Assembly: GCF_006345805.1 (NCBI RefSeq)
Contig: NC_043016.1
Location: 21,514,001-21,578,000, forward strand
Length of the DNA stretch: 64,000 nucleotides
Reading direction: 5' to 3'
Origin: Octopus sinensis
Lineage: Eukaryota
Shown here: one piece after another, positions 12,433 through 25,184 of the stretch
Position numbering within the stretch: position 1 is the stretch's first letter
Layout: every line of letters starts with the position of its first letter
The notes under the pieces: model-generated
Told to the model about the DNA's origin: nothing
Databases searched by the model: none
The model's input: only the letters and a program-made list of their open reading frames with translations
Position numbers and translations under genes: made by a program

Positions 12433-13698
12433 TATGACAGATGACTGAAAAGTTCATAGCTGGCTAAGACACTCTAATGGAATGTGACCAAATGAGGTTT
12501 ATTTTTCAACATAATCCCATTTATGGTAAACACACTTCCATCAGTGTTGCAGTGCTTGGAACCCAATTGGTAAAGAAGCTTTCATCCTGTTAGAAAAAAG
12601 TCATCAACAGCAGATATGACGTCATCATCATCACTGCACTACTATCTTCCAAAAAAGTGTTGTTTCATGTTGGAGGGCAGATTATAGTCAGATGGGGGTC
12701 AAGTCAGGAGAATAGAAAGGTTAATCAACCAGTTCAAAGCCACAGTCGGGCATAGCAGCCATTAAATCTGAGGACTTGTGTGCTGGAGCATTGTCCTGAT
12801 GAAAACAGTTTTCCTGGGCATTTGGTCTTTATAATCTTTCATAACTACCTCAACAAGTTGGCATAGTACTCTCTGTTTGTGGTATGGCCCTATGCAGGTA
12901 GTCAATAAATACTATGCCTTTTGCAACCCAAAAGACTGAGGCTGTCATTTTCTCTGCAGACGAAATGACCATGACCTTCTTTGTAAAAGGTGATAAGGGA
13001 TGTTTCCACTGCATGGATTGTCTCTTTGTCTCTGGTTCAAAGTGATGAATCCAACATTCATCCTATGTTAGGAAGCATTCAATGAAACCAGATGGATCTG
13101 CCTCAATCAATGTCAGATTTTCCTATGATGTAATCAATTTAGTACACATTTGATCATGTGTCAGGAGACATGGCACCCACCAAACAGATACCTTCATCAT
13201 GCCAAGTTCATTGTGCAGGATATTCTCAACTCTCATATGAGATATGCTTATAGCATGGCTATTTGATTTATAGTCAAAAGCCTGTTATCCATCACCACGT
13301 GGTGAACATAATCAATGTTTTCCTCAGGGTTGGTAGTTGCAGGATGTCCAAACTTTGGGTCATCTTCAAAACACCCTTCCCCTCCAAAATTCAGCTGCCC
13401 ACTGTTGTTAAAGCTGGAACATCATTCTCTAATGTAGCCAACATGTCTGCATAATGTCCTTGGAGACTAAACCATTTTTCTGCAGGTATTTGATAACACC
13501 ACAATGCCAAATTTTGTCCATTTTCAAGTGAAGCCACAACTAATTACATTTAAAGCCTTCTTTGAGGAGTCAAATGTCAGTTATCTGGAAAGGAATAATG
13601 CAGTTATTAATAAGAAGAGTTGAAATTAATGCAAGATTTCACAGTTTTTGCAATATTCCTTCATAGTCAGCCTATGAACTTTTCAGCCCACCCTTATA
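12433..13698 (-). mobile_element. Near full-length degenerate mariner element
   Basis: TA-bounded TIRs (TATGACAGATGACTGAAAAGTTCATAGCTG / GTCAGCCTATGAACTTTTCAGCCCACCCTTATA), about 1.27 kb; YSPDL-type and QDNAP-type motifs on the minus strand. Confidence 0.85.
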
Positions 13699-14904
13699 TA
13701 TAAGAATAAATGATTCTATGTGCTCAGTGTGCGACAAAAATTCTATTCGGGTTTTGGTGTTTATTGTTAATTGCATTAAACTCCCACTGCTGCATACTGA
13801 TACAGAGTCCTGTGTAGTCTAATATGGATGCATGCATGAATGATATATGTATACAAATATGTGTGTATGTATGTATTTATATGTAGTGACATGTATGTGT
13901 GTGTAGATAATTATATATGTGTGTGTGTTTACGTATCCACACATACACACAACCACAGTATGTATGTATAGTAAGTGAGAAGGGATTGGATATTCTTTGT
14001 GTTTACCTCAGGCAACACTCCCAGCTGTCTGAAATTGTATGAAGGAAAATTTTTACAGTAGAATCATGGGTTTCAAACAAAATATCCAGAAGGCTTACTT
14101 CCCTCATGGAGTATAAGTAAGAAGTGACGATAGATTAGCTGGTATTACATTTATTCCATGGTTTACAAGTGTTTTAACAACCTGTGTGTGACAAAGCAAA
14201 CATCATATATGTAGGCATGGATGACAGTTATGATATAGTCATGCTCATTATGTAATGTTTATTACATAATATCTTCCACAGCTATTTAGTCATAACCAAA
14301 TAAATGAATATAGCATAAATTGGATATTTCACTTATTAAGAAGGGAAATACCGGATATTTAATTTATTACGAAGTTGTCCTGGATTCAAGTGGAGTTGGG
14401 TGTAATCCTAGAATCTCAACGGATCTTTTCGCTTTGACCGGCAAATTTTAAAAATAATTTCTTTGTAACTAAACACTTTTAAACTTCGTATACTGGTAGA
14501 ATGTGTTTATAAAACGTGTTTTTCTCTTGGCTTTCTTGAGAAAATTCTGTAGTTTGTAAGCTATTTGTTGTTTAATTTCTTGCATTTCGGCAATTTCAAC
14601 CAATCAATGACGTCTATTGAGGTGAATACAATTTCTCTGGTTCTTTGTCAACAACAATTATTTGTGGTGTCATATGAATTTGTCACTGTTATTTATGACA
14701 TATTTCATATCAGTTACGTTCATATGAATGAAAGATTATCGTTATTAAACTTTTATTAATAAACGCATATTCCAAGTTCACAACATATGTATTTTTGATA
14801 TTATAATTAGATAGGTTCTATTCATCAATTAATACAAATTGTCAGACATTCACATACTGATTCATAGAAATATCATAAAACTATGTTACTAGTTACTGCT
14901 GAAG

Positions 14905-15042
14905 TCTTCTTTGAGCAGTCAGATATTAGTTTACCTGGAAAGAAACTATGTAGTTATTAATAAAAAAGTTGTGAAATTAATGCATGCAAAATTTTACAGC
15001 TCCTACGTAGTTGCCTATGAACTTTTCAGCCCACCTCATATA
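14905..15042 (-). mobile_element. Mariner terminal fragment (same family as 12433-13698)
   Basis: GCCTATGAACTTTTCAGCCACCTCATA matches the TIR at 13665-13698. Confidence 0.7.
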
Positions 15043-15322
15043 TAAACATGTAAGTTGGTATCAGCATTAACATTTATATATGTTTATATCAGTACAAGCA
15101 TGTGCATACATATCTGTGAGTGTATGTGCATATATGTATTTGCACACACACACACACACACATGTGCACGCGTGCATTTATATCTGTGTTTATGTTGGAC
15201 ATAATCCAATACACTGGCTCAAAAATACCATGCTGCAATTGTATCCTGTAAAGTCAATGTCTGCTTTGCATTCATATCCTACAAAGAGTTGTTGAAAATC
15301 AGGTACGAAACAGACAGTAATA

Positions 15323-15325
15323 ATG
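15323..15325 (+). CDS. Putative start codon at the end of an upstream exon of the sorting nexin
   Basis: ATAATG|GTAAGT is a perfect donor directly after an ATG, in phase 0 with the next exon (120-nt intron); an in-frame TGA lies upstream. An ATG at 15440 is an alternative. Confidence 0.45.
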
Positions 15326-15445
15326 GTAAGTGTCATTGTTATCAATGGTTTATAAGTTAAAGTTTCCTGCACGACTTACTTAAGACCATTAAATTATTTT
15401 AGATTTTTATTTCATTTGTAATATTCTCTTTTTATATTAATGCAG

Positions 15446-15601
15446 CCACTTGATGAAAATATTGAAACTGCTTCTGACGGAGAAAATGGCTCTTCATTTA
15501 CACATTCGGAAAAAATTGCAGATAATCAAAAATTCAATGTTGAAGTATTAAAAGCTGTAAAGGATGGTGATACATTAAATTTTACCATAAAATCACTAAA
15601 G
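15446..15601 (+). CDS. PX-BAR sorting nexin (SNX5/6/32-like), exon: N-terminus and start of PX domain
   Basis: Polypyrimidine tract ...taatgcag| and AAG|gtaggt; 156 nt, phase 0-0; PLDENIETASDGENG...FNVEVLKAVKDGDTLNFTIKSLK. Confidence 0.85.
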
Positions 15602-15692
15602 GTAGGTTTAATTGTATATTGTTTTTTTATTGTCCTATGCAAAGGTTAAGGGTTAGTGTTTCTTCCTTTATTGTTTCAGTTAGGAGCTGATA

Positions 15693-16300
15693 CATCATCA
15701 TCATCATATGTCCATTTTCCATGCTAGCATAGGTTGGATAGTTTGACTGATGTCTGAAAGGACAATAGTTGCACCAGGCTTGCCAACCACTCCAAGAGTG
15801 TAGTGGGTGCTTTTTATGTGCCACCATCACAGGAACCATTCAGGTGGGCTTGACATCGATCATGTTTGGACAGTGCTTTTTACGTGCCACCGGTATGGGA
15901 GCCAGTCAGGGGCCACTGGCATTGGCTACATTTAGATGGTGCTTTTTACATGCCACTGGCATGGGAGCCAGTCAAGCAGCCCTGACATCGATCACATTCA
16001 GATAGTGCTTTTTACATGTCACTGGCACAGGAGTCAGTCAGGGGGCACTGGCATCAACCACATTCAGATGATGCATTTTATGTGCCACCGGAATGGAAGC
16101 CACTCAGGGGTCACTGGCTACAGCTACAATTTTGGTTTTACTTGACTCAACAGGTCTTCTCAAGCATATCATATCGTCTGACGCATCAAGAGTACTTTTG
16201 AATGGTCTGGACATGCAACACTGGTATCGGCCATGGTTGCAATTTCACTTTAGTTGCCAGATCTTCTCAGTCACAGCATATCTCCAAAGGTCTCAGTCTC
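15693..16300 (-). mobile_element. RTE 3' UTR-derived retroposon with five tandem ~65-bp modules
   Basis: (CAT)n tail at 15693; GTGCTTTTTA(C/T)(G/A)TG(C/T)CAC recurs near 15806, 15870, 15938, 16003 and 16070. Confidence 0.85.
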
Positions 16301-16804
16301 AATATATAAGAACTCTTTTTAGAATTTAATGGAAGCAAGATTGGTTGGAAGATATGTTTAAAGTAAATTATATTAGAAACAAGACAAGCTTAGATATAGA
16401 TGTGTAATTGTAACTGTAGGGAACTGAGAGATGTAGACAGAAGCTTTATTGGTGGCACTCCTGGTTTAATAATTGTTAACATCTTGTACGATATGAATCT
16501 ATACTGCAACTGTCAGTTCTATATTGCTTGAAACTGCATGAGTCAGCCTACCCTTATTTACATTAACTATGAACTCTCTTTTATAAGGAAAACAACATTA
16601 CAGTCTGCATCATTTATTATTAATATTGACTTTCCCAGAGTTTTTTTTAATTGAAACTATTTTTGAAAAATGCAGCAAATCATTCTTTGAATGCTAACTT
16701 GTTCCATTATCTGATCTGTGAAGTAATAGCAGATGAGGCTTCGTAGATGATAACCAGAGTGATATATTTAGTCCTTCCCTATGCACTTTGCTATCTGACT
16801 TTGC

Positions 16805-18128
16805 TACTGAGGTGGTATCAAAAAGTTCCTGGACTAGTTTTGTAGTGCACTAACAGATGGCAGCGCATGATTGTGTACCAGATGGAATCACATGGCTGCA
16901 TGTGCATTGAGAGCTAGCAGTGCCCATCATGAGGCAAGGTGCCAAGTGACATCACTGTGTTTACTTTGCAAGTTATGAAATTTGTGTTTTTGTGATCACA
17001 TGTATGCTATAATCTGTGACTTTTGTCGTGGACAGGAAGTTGGAACAAAGAGCCAACATGAAATTTTGTATTAAACTTTGGAAGTCCAACACAGAGACAT
17101 TGAGCATACTGTGGTAAGCTTACAGCGATGAGGTAATGGGTAATACACAATGTTTTGAGTGGCATGGCTGCTTCAAAAGTGGAAGAACGTCCCTGGAAGA
17201 TGAGGAGTGATCTGGAAGACCTTCCTCTGGCATCACCTCCAGAAATGTGGAGAAAATTCATCAGTTGTGCATGAGCATCGTCAGAGGACAATCACTGACA
17301 TTGCTGATGTTGTTGGTCTGTCATAGGTGTCTGTGTAAGCAATCCTAACGTTTGGATTGAACATGTGGCATGTCTCTGCCAAATTTGTCCCCCATCTGCT
17401 GACCACTAAGCAGAAAGAACATTGCATCGAAGTATGTCAAGATCTCTGTCAGCATGCTTTATGTAGAGGATCATAACCAGTGATGAGAGTTGGGTCTTCA
17501 AGTACAACCCTGAGATGAAGCAGCAGTTGTCACAATGGAAGAGCTTTTCATCTCCACAACTGAAGAAGGCATGACAGAGCCACAGCTCAATCAAGAATAT
17601 GCTTGTTGTTTTGTTTTTTTGATATCTGCAATATTGTGCATCAAGAATTTGTCCCTCAGGGCCAGATTGTCAATCGAGAGTTCTACTGTCATGTTTGGAA
17701 ACAATTGAGGGAGAATATTTGGCAAAAGCAACTGGATCTGTGGAATGCGAAGAATTGGATTCTTCATGACAACAATGCACCCAGTCACCAAGCTCTCCTC
17801 ATTCATGAGATTCTCACCAAAAACAACACCCACCCTACTCACCAGATTTAGCACCCGTGGACTTCCATTTTTTTCCCAAGATGAAAATACAGCTCAAAGG
17901 TTTGCATTTTAACACTGTTGTCAAGATCCAGAGTGAATCATAGAAGGTCCTCAACTCACAGAAAACAACTTCCAGGTAATTTCCAAAAACAACTTCCAAA
18001 AGTGGCAAGAACGCCAGGAGTGGTGTGTGCAAAGTGACTATTTCGAAGGAGATGATGTTAAAACTAGGTAAATAAGTTATTTTTTAATAAACATAATTAG
18101 TCCGGAAACCTTTTGATACCACCTTGTA
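16805..18128 (+). mobile_element. Full-length degenerate mariner element
   Basis: TIRs TACTGAGGTGGTATCAAAAAGTTCC / GGAAACCTTTTGATACCACCTTGTA, about 1.32 kb. Fragments ITSDESWV, FFDICNIVHQEFVPQGQIVN, LHDNNAPSH and PDLAPVDFHFFPKMK. Confidence 0.9.
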
Positions 18129-18419
18129 GATCTATCGTATTTTTCATTGGGTGACTTGAATGAAATATTACCTGAAGAATAGTTGGGCACTGAAGTTTTG
18201 TCAAGTGTCTTTTTCCTCCAAAAATACCTTCTAGGTCTGTCGTATTTTTCTGCAATCATCCAACAAACTAATTTGTATGCATAATGAAAGGGAATTTTCT
18301 ATACGTATTAATGAAGTTCATGCATACTTGGGTATGTTGTTTCTGATGGAAGTAACAGCTTACCTATAAATTTCAAACTGAATCAACTAAAAAAGGTCAG
18401 GGTAAAACAAGATGAAAAT

Positions 18420-19170
18420 CATCTTGTCAAAAGAGCAGCAGGTTTCACATTATTCTTAGTTGGGAAGCTGAAGGGAGAGAAAAGTGAAGGTGATGTTGGG
18501 TTTGCAATTAGTAGTGATTTGCTAAAAGTCCTAGAACAACCACAAAGCATAAATACACGTATAATGAAACTCCAGATCCCTCTTTCTTGTGGGCGTTTTG
18601 TAACTGTTTTCTCTATTTATGCTCCTACACTTTCAGCTAGTGAGGAAAATATCCATGCATTTTATAAGGTGCTTAGAAGAAGTATTCTGTCTGACCCTTT
18701 GAATGAGAAGTTGGTTGTACTTGGTGACTTTAATGCACTTGGTGGTAGAGACTATGGTGCTTGGAATGTACTTGGGTGTTACAGAATAGAAAAGGTGAAT
18801 GACAATGGGTTGCATCTGCTACAAATGTACTCTGAGCTAGGGTTGGTTGTTGGGAATACTTTCTTTCATCATAAGTTGAAGGATAAAGTTACCTGGATTC
18901 ACCCAAGATCAAGTTCAGGGTCCGTAAGAAGATTTGTAGTACTGGTGTATGAGTACCAAAGAAAATTGATGTAGAGCAGCTAAAACAACCACAAGTTTTG
19001 CAATTGTTTCAAAAGAGATGCAGCAGTGTTCATTTTGAAGGTTCATGGCAATCTTTCTGTGATGGAGTATATAAAATGGGATCAGAGGTGTTAGGCTTCA
19101 AGAGGAGACAACACCAAGACTGGTTTGATTCCAATGATACAGTGATAAATGAGCTTTTAGCAACAAAGAG
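18420..19170 (+). mobile_element. RTE (BovB-like) LINE apurinic endonuclease fragment
   Basis: ORF 18519-18974 with SIYAPTL, VLGDFNA, NDNGLHLL, GNTFF and TWIHPRS motifs of the APE domain. Confidence 0.85.
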
Positions 19171-19305
19171 GGCCCCTACACTTTTCTCTATTTATTCTGC
19201 TGCATTCTTTTGGTATGCTTTCAAGGATTGCAACAGGGGAATCGAAATCAGATTTTGGACATCTGGTCGTATTTTTAAGACTTTCAATATATTTCCAAAA
19301 TGCAT

Positions 19306-19349
<44 letters not shown>

Positions 19350-19647
19350 GCACACACAGCTACTGCTGACACTTGAAGTCGAAGATAACTTGGAAGTATC
19401 TGCATGCACCATGCTTCCACTAATTGTTTTTGTAGCTTCTGTGAACAAGCATTTTCTCGACCCTCTCATCATTAACCCATTGGAACATCCAGAGTATGGT
19501 AGTTAAAGGGAGAGAGGAAAACATCATCCTTGAGCTACTACCTTATTTATTGACCCTCAAAGGAATTATATTTGGATAAATTTGGGAAATATCTTTTTGC
19601 TTCTCCCACTCACATTTTCTTTATGAAAAGTATTTTATCTATTTCAG

Positions 19648-19746
19648 GGAGATAATGAAGAAGCATTGTCGTTGCAAAGATTTTATGAAGATTTTGAATG
19701 GTTGCATCATTGTCTCACTACCCAGAATGATACAAGTGGTCTCATT
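19648..19746 (+). CDS. Sorting nexin exon: PX core
   Basis: tatttcag|GGA...ATT|gtaagt; 99 nt, phase 0-0; GDNEEALSLQRFYEDFEWLHHCLTTQNDTSGLI (R-x-Y-x-DF-x-WL PX motif). Confidence 0.92.
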
Positions 19747-20134
19747 GTAAGTTTCATTTCTTTCATATATTACAATATATAAGTACAATACCAACTTTCT
19801 AGATACTGATAGTCCAGGACCTCTTATAATCCGCATGAATTTACAAGAAGAAACTTAAAATTCCCACAGCTGCTAAATTAGTTTACAGAATGGACCATTT
19901 TCTCAGTACCTTGCACAGTACATCATTGATAAAATTCTATCATATATACTAAGGTGGAAGTGCCTGTATTTTATTTAATTATTTAAGTAAATTTAATACT
20001 TGCTTAATTCAGAAGTGAAAAATCAGTAATCCAGAAAACTTTGGAAAATTGGTGTTGTACCTGTATTACTGTTTCATATTTCTCTTGATGCTTTTATTAT
20101 GTGTTTAGGATATTTTGTTACATTCTTTCTGAAA

Positions 20135-20494
20135 TCATCATCATCATAGTTTAATATCTATTTTCCATCCTAGCATGGGTTGGACAGTTTGACAAGAGCT
20201 GGTAAGACAGAAGACTGTGCCGATCTCTATTGTCAGCTTTGACATGGTTTCTATGGCTGGATGCTTTTCCTCATGTCAAATGACTTTATAGAGTATACTG
20301 GGTACTTTTTATATGGTACCAGTACCAGCAAGGTCACCAAGTAACTTGCAAGAGAGAGATCTCATAACTGACAGAGGGAGTAGTGTTGAGGGAGGCGGTT
20401 TTGTGCCCGGTAATGAGAAGTTAAACTATGATAGAGGGACAGAAACAGGTGTCTTGCTCTAGAGGAGATACATAGTTACTCCAGTCGGAGAGAA

Positions 20495-20528
<34 letters not shown>

Positions 20529-20640
20529 GGAGGCGAAGGTATGCCAAGGCATATCATCAAGGTGCAAGGAATTGAATGTAAGTGGAATGGTACAGATATT
20601 TAAGAGAAGACAAGAAAGTCTTCTGTATAACATATATCAA
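20135..20640 (-). mobile_element. Old RTE-tail retroposon copy
   Basis: (CAT)n, TTTCCATCCTAGCATGGGTTGGACAGTTTGAC and GCTGGATGC motifs. Confidence 0.7.
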
Positions 20641-21039
20641 ATGTATTATGAATCATGTTTTAATTTAGCTATTAATGCACTTCTCAAATTAGTCCTATAA
20701 TATATTTAACACCCAAAGTCTGACAGGTGGAAATAGAAGATGAAAGTTGTAGAATTAAACCTCAGCTTTTGTGCCCTCATGTCTAGGTCTAAGAGCATGT
20801 GCCTTAATTCTGATAATACAGTTTCCATGTTTTGCATCAAAAGAAATAGTTAAGGGTCATTTTCATAATGCCTTTTCTTATCACTTTTAATCTGCAGGCT
20901 AGTGCTATCTCTATTATTCTCTGTTGCTATGCCTTATGGTTCTTTTTAGAGAGAAACCTACCTTTGGTTGTTGATGACTTCTCCTCATCAACACCTCAAC
21001 TAGTTTTTTTTAATTTAGAGTAGACAACAGTACAAGCAA

Positions 21040-22940
21040 GACATATTTGCAGTAGCTTGGGTTTGAGCTGCGTGGGGCTGATCCTTCAACTGGACCTGTA
21101 GAAATGTGGAAAACTTATTGGAACATCCTGCTGTCGACTTCTAGTGGGTGTATTGGTTTTCAAGAAAGGGCCAAAAAATATTTCCTTTCCAGGGAAACCT
21201 CTACACTGTAGGATGCAGCTGTAGGGTGAGGCTGGGTAGAGCCCCTGATAATTTGCTTCAGGGTCTGAGATGTGGGTTGTCAGATCACTGAGGTCCAACA
21301 AAGAAAAGCAGGTTTGAGGAATCTGTGAAGAGATCAAGAGTCAGCTTTACACTTCTAATCATGTACAACCTTCAGAGGAATTGTATGAGGTGGACCTGCA
21401 TAGTACTGATCTGAATACAAAGATGCTTTCAGTACTGTGACTGTCCTGCTAGTCAGCTGTAATCCACTATCTGTAGATGATGTACAAACCTCATTTGCAG
21501 ATGAGGTTCTTACATTGGTAAATCAGCAGAGGGGAAGGTGTGTAGTTGGTGTTTGTGGTATTCAAGAGGAGATGATTAAGAAAGGTAAGCCTGCTGCAGT
21601 CTTGTTCTTGTGGCAGATCATCTGCTGAATTTGGAGCAGTGGCATTATACAGCCTGATTGGAAGAGGGGCATAATTATCCCTATCTGGAAAGGTAACAGT
21701 AACTTCCTCGACTACAACAACTATAATGCGGTTACACTCCTCTCAGTACCTAGTAAGGTCTTTGTCAGGATTATTCCAAGCAGAGTGTGAAACCATTTAC
21801 TTGCCTCTGAATAACCAAAGCAGTCAAGGTTCATGCCAAAGCGGTCAACTACTGATAGGATCCTGGTTGTCTGTGTACTCATCAAATGCAGGCAGAATCT
21901 TCAGTGGGGGCTGGTTGCAGTTTATGTTGACCTCTGCAAGACATTTGATTTGGTGGATTCTGCTCAGGAGGATTCTGGAACTACAAGGTATACCTCCCCA
22001 ACTGGTTTGGCTGATGGTGGCCTTGTGTAGTAGAACAGTGAGTGCAGTTCAGATTGGGGGCTCAGCATGTGACTTTTTTCTCAGTTAGATCTGGGGTCTG
22101 TCAGTTTGCGTTTTGGCTTTCACTCTTTTCAATGCCTGTTTGAACTAGATATTTGGCCAGATGGTGGCTCAGTTGAGTCTTGGAGCACTCATTGGTGAAA
22201 GCAGGATCACAGGATTTTACTGATGATGCAATTATTCTTGTTGAGTCTCTGAATGTCTTAAGGAGTGCTCTCCTTTCACTAAGTGAGGAAGTGGAACCAT
22301 CTGGCCTAAGAGTTTCTTGGGTTAAGACAAAGATCCAGTCTTTTATTGGTTTCCTGGGGGACTCCATCTTGTCTGTCTCTGTTGTGGGTGAGAAAGGCAA
22401 AGTTGTAGACCACTTCACCTATCTCAGCAGCATGATCCATAGCAGCATTTGCTGTAAGTCCAAAATCTTAAAAAGGGTACTTACTGTTGCTGATATCTGA
22501 GCAAAAGGACAAACATTCAGGTTTTCAGGTCTCTAGCCCTCCCTGTCTTGTTGTATAACTTGAACACTGTCCAGTGTTCCTAGGGGCTGCCTGGAATCCT
22601 TTGGTACCAGGACACTTCACAGTGGATTATCATTGGTCAGATTTTGTATTCAACCAACAACTATACTCAGAAACTTGGATGTGTCCCGTTATTTGTATGA
22701 TTTGGGAACATCAACTGTTTGGTCATCTTGTTTGATTTTCTGAGTTGGGTCTTGTGTACTGGTTCCCCTTTTTTAAGGATCCAGTTAGGGTGATGGCTTG
22801 TGTTCATTGACCACATGTCTTATGGTTATGGCAGATAAGGAAGTATCTCATAGAGATGGGGACTGACTGGGACACTGCTCAGAAGGTTGCCTGGGATGAC
22901 CCAAGCAGATACTAATAAATGGTGAAGGTAGTGACATGCT
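21040..22940 (+). mobile_element. Degenerate RTE-clade LINE (RT domain), a different family from 55456-57945
   Basis: DWKRGIIIPIWKG, MPKRSTTDRIL, VAVYVDLCKTFDLV, FTDDAIILVES and RVSWVKTKIQ; frameshifted. Confidence 0.85.
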
Positions 22941-23627
22941 GCAATAAATCGTTCCCACATACCTAACCTGAGTATAGACTTACCATGCTAGAAAGGAAAC
23001 TTTAGCTTCCATAACCAGATCTTTGTCAATGCGTTCTGTCCAAACTGACTGATCCCAAACTGTGATGTGTAGCTGACTAGCTATATTAAGTCATTCCTAT
23101 ATGATGACTTAATATTTTATTTAAATAAAATCCAAATGTGATTTGGAACATTCAAGAAATTCAAGCAATACCTGTCCAGTTGGGATTTAGATAACCCTTA
23201 AACTAAAGGCATTGCCTACACTTCTGTTTACATCCAGGACCACCAACTTACCACCTAGGTCCAGGAAACTCACTAGTATCTTGACATCCAAATCTTCCCA
23301 AAACAATGCTACCACCCAACTCATTCCAAACTGAGTTAAGAAATTGAACACATCTTATAATTGAGAAAAAGTTTGAGAATATGCCAACAATTATGTTCTT
23401 GCTGAAATAAGTAACCTTGCTTCCAGACTGATCCTGTCATGTGTATGTAGCACTACATACATTTATATTATCAGTGCTTTGTATGGCTACGTTAGTGCAT
23501 AAATAGATATTGTTTAAAAAGTTATTGATTATGAATAAAAGACGAACAATTTCCACATTAAATTAGTATCAGTGGCTTTAACAAATTCTAATTTATATAA
23601 TCTAATTTAATACTTTCATTTCACAAG

Positions 23628-23758
23628 GTGCCGCCTCTTCCAGTGAAGCCAGAAATAGATGCAAAAAGTGCTGAAAATAAATCTAGGAGACAACTTGGAA
23701 GTGATACAAACATTCTTATTGGTGATGAGTTTCAAAAAGAATGTCAAAATGTAGAGAA
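23628..23758 (+). CDS. Sorting nexin exon: proline loop and PX insertion
   Basis: tcacaag|GTG...GAGAA|gtaagt; 131 nt, phase 0-2; VPPLPVKPEIDAKSAENKSRRQLGSDTNILIGDEFQKECQNVE(K). Confidence 0.92.
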
Positions 23759-23811
23759 GTAAGTAAAACTATGAATTATGCATGAATAATGAGAAATAAA
23801 TGCGAAGTTTA

Positions 23812-24220
23812 GGTGCAAGCATGGCTGTGTGGTTAAGAACCATGCTTTACTATGTTTCAGGTTCAGTCCTACTGTGTGGTACATTGGGCAAGTGTCTTCT
23901 ACCATTGCCTTGAGCCAACTAATATCTTGAAAGTGAATTTGGTCAGTAGAAATTATGTGGAAGTTCGATATGCATGTGTGTGTGTGTGTAAATCTGTGTG
24001 TGTGTGTATCTGTGTGTGTGTGTTTTGTTCCCCACCACCATTTGACAAGCACTGTTTGTTTACATCTGCATAACTTAACAGTTCAGCAAAAGAGTCTGAT
24101 AGAATTAGTTTCAGGTTTAAAAAAAAAAAAGTACTTTGGTCAATTTGTTCTTCTAAACCTGTTAAGGTAGTATCCCAGCATGGCCCCAATCCAATGACTG
24201 AAACAAGTAAAAGATAAAAG
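23812..24220 (+). mobile_element. tRNA-derived SINE with internal (GT)n
   Basis: A/B-box-like TGGCTGTGTGG and GGTTCAGTCC; same family as 36246-36676; starts about 50 bp after the exon donor. Confidence 0.8.
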
Positions 24221-24522
24221 GTATGTGTGTAGCATTGCAAGAAATTTCAAAATTTGGGCATTTATGAATGTTCAGTTGATATATGGATATCTACAACCAA
24301 CAAAGTTGACTGTATATAAATGTTTATAAGAAAATATGGACAAAGGACCCAAATGGACAAATGTAGGAAAAGGAAGCTTACGGAATATTTTTGATACAGT
24401 CATGATGGAGGCAGGGATTGTCATGCTAATTATGTGCTTTTTTCTTTCCTATTCCTTCTTCCTTTTGTTTATTTGGACATTTTTGTATTAACTTTGACGA
24501 AGCTCCATGTTCTAGTTCGAAT

Positions 24523-24603
24523 GTCTTATGAAGATGAAAAAATATTATTTTCACAATTCTTTGTAGGCACCGATTGGCATCGGAATCAGAAACGGCTGTA
24601 AGA
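24523..24603 (+). ncRNA. Degenerate hammerhead ribozyme (PLE-type)
   Basis: GTCTT-ATGAAGA-TGA...TCA-GAAAC-GGCT-GTA-AGA; C3 is mutated and the helix III palindrome is broken. Confidence 0.45.
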
Positions 24604-24710
24604 ATTGTTATGTTACATAAATGTTATGTCATGTTTTGTATTAAATAATAATAAGCTTTAGATGTAGTCCAATTGTGTTGTTTGTTGATCTGATGGAGAC
24701 CATTTTATGA

Positions 24711-24795
<85 letters not shown>

Positions 24796-24892
24796 TATAT
24801 ATATTTGTTAGGGTGACAGGAACAGTATTAGTTCAAAATATGTGTATCATACTTAAAGCAGATGCATCATTGAAATATGTGCGTGTGTGTAT

Positions 24893-25125
24893 CTTTCATC
24901 ATCTACTTGTTTTAGTCATTGGACTGCATCCTTACTGGAGCACTGCCTGGAAGGGTTTAGTCAAACAAATCAACCCCAGTACTTATTTTTTGAGACTGGT
25001 ACTTATTTTAACGGTCTCTCTTGCTGAACTGCTAAGTTACAGGGACATAAACAAGCTAACACTAGTTGTTGAGTGGTGGTAGGAGACAACCACAAGCATA
25101 AAGACACATATACATACATATATAT
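24893..25125 (-). mobile_element. tRNA-derived SINE, 3' half
   Basis: TACTTGTTTTAGTCATTGGACTGC...GCTGAACTGCTAAGTTACAGGGACATAAAC. Confidence 0.75.
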
Positions 25126-25184
25126 ATATATATATATACACATATATGGATGTATATATTGATATATATACAATATTGTACATT

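Noticed and set aside
14012-14116. Possible 5' UTR exon of the sorting nexin (cctcag|...|gtaaga)
   Set aside because: Splice-like sites only; its ATG is out of phase with the downstream exons and there is no independent support.
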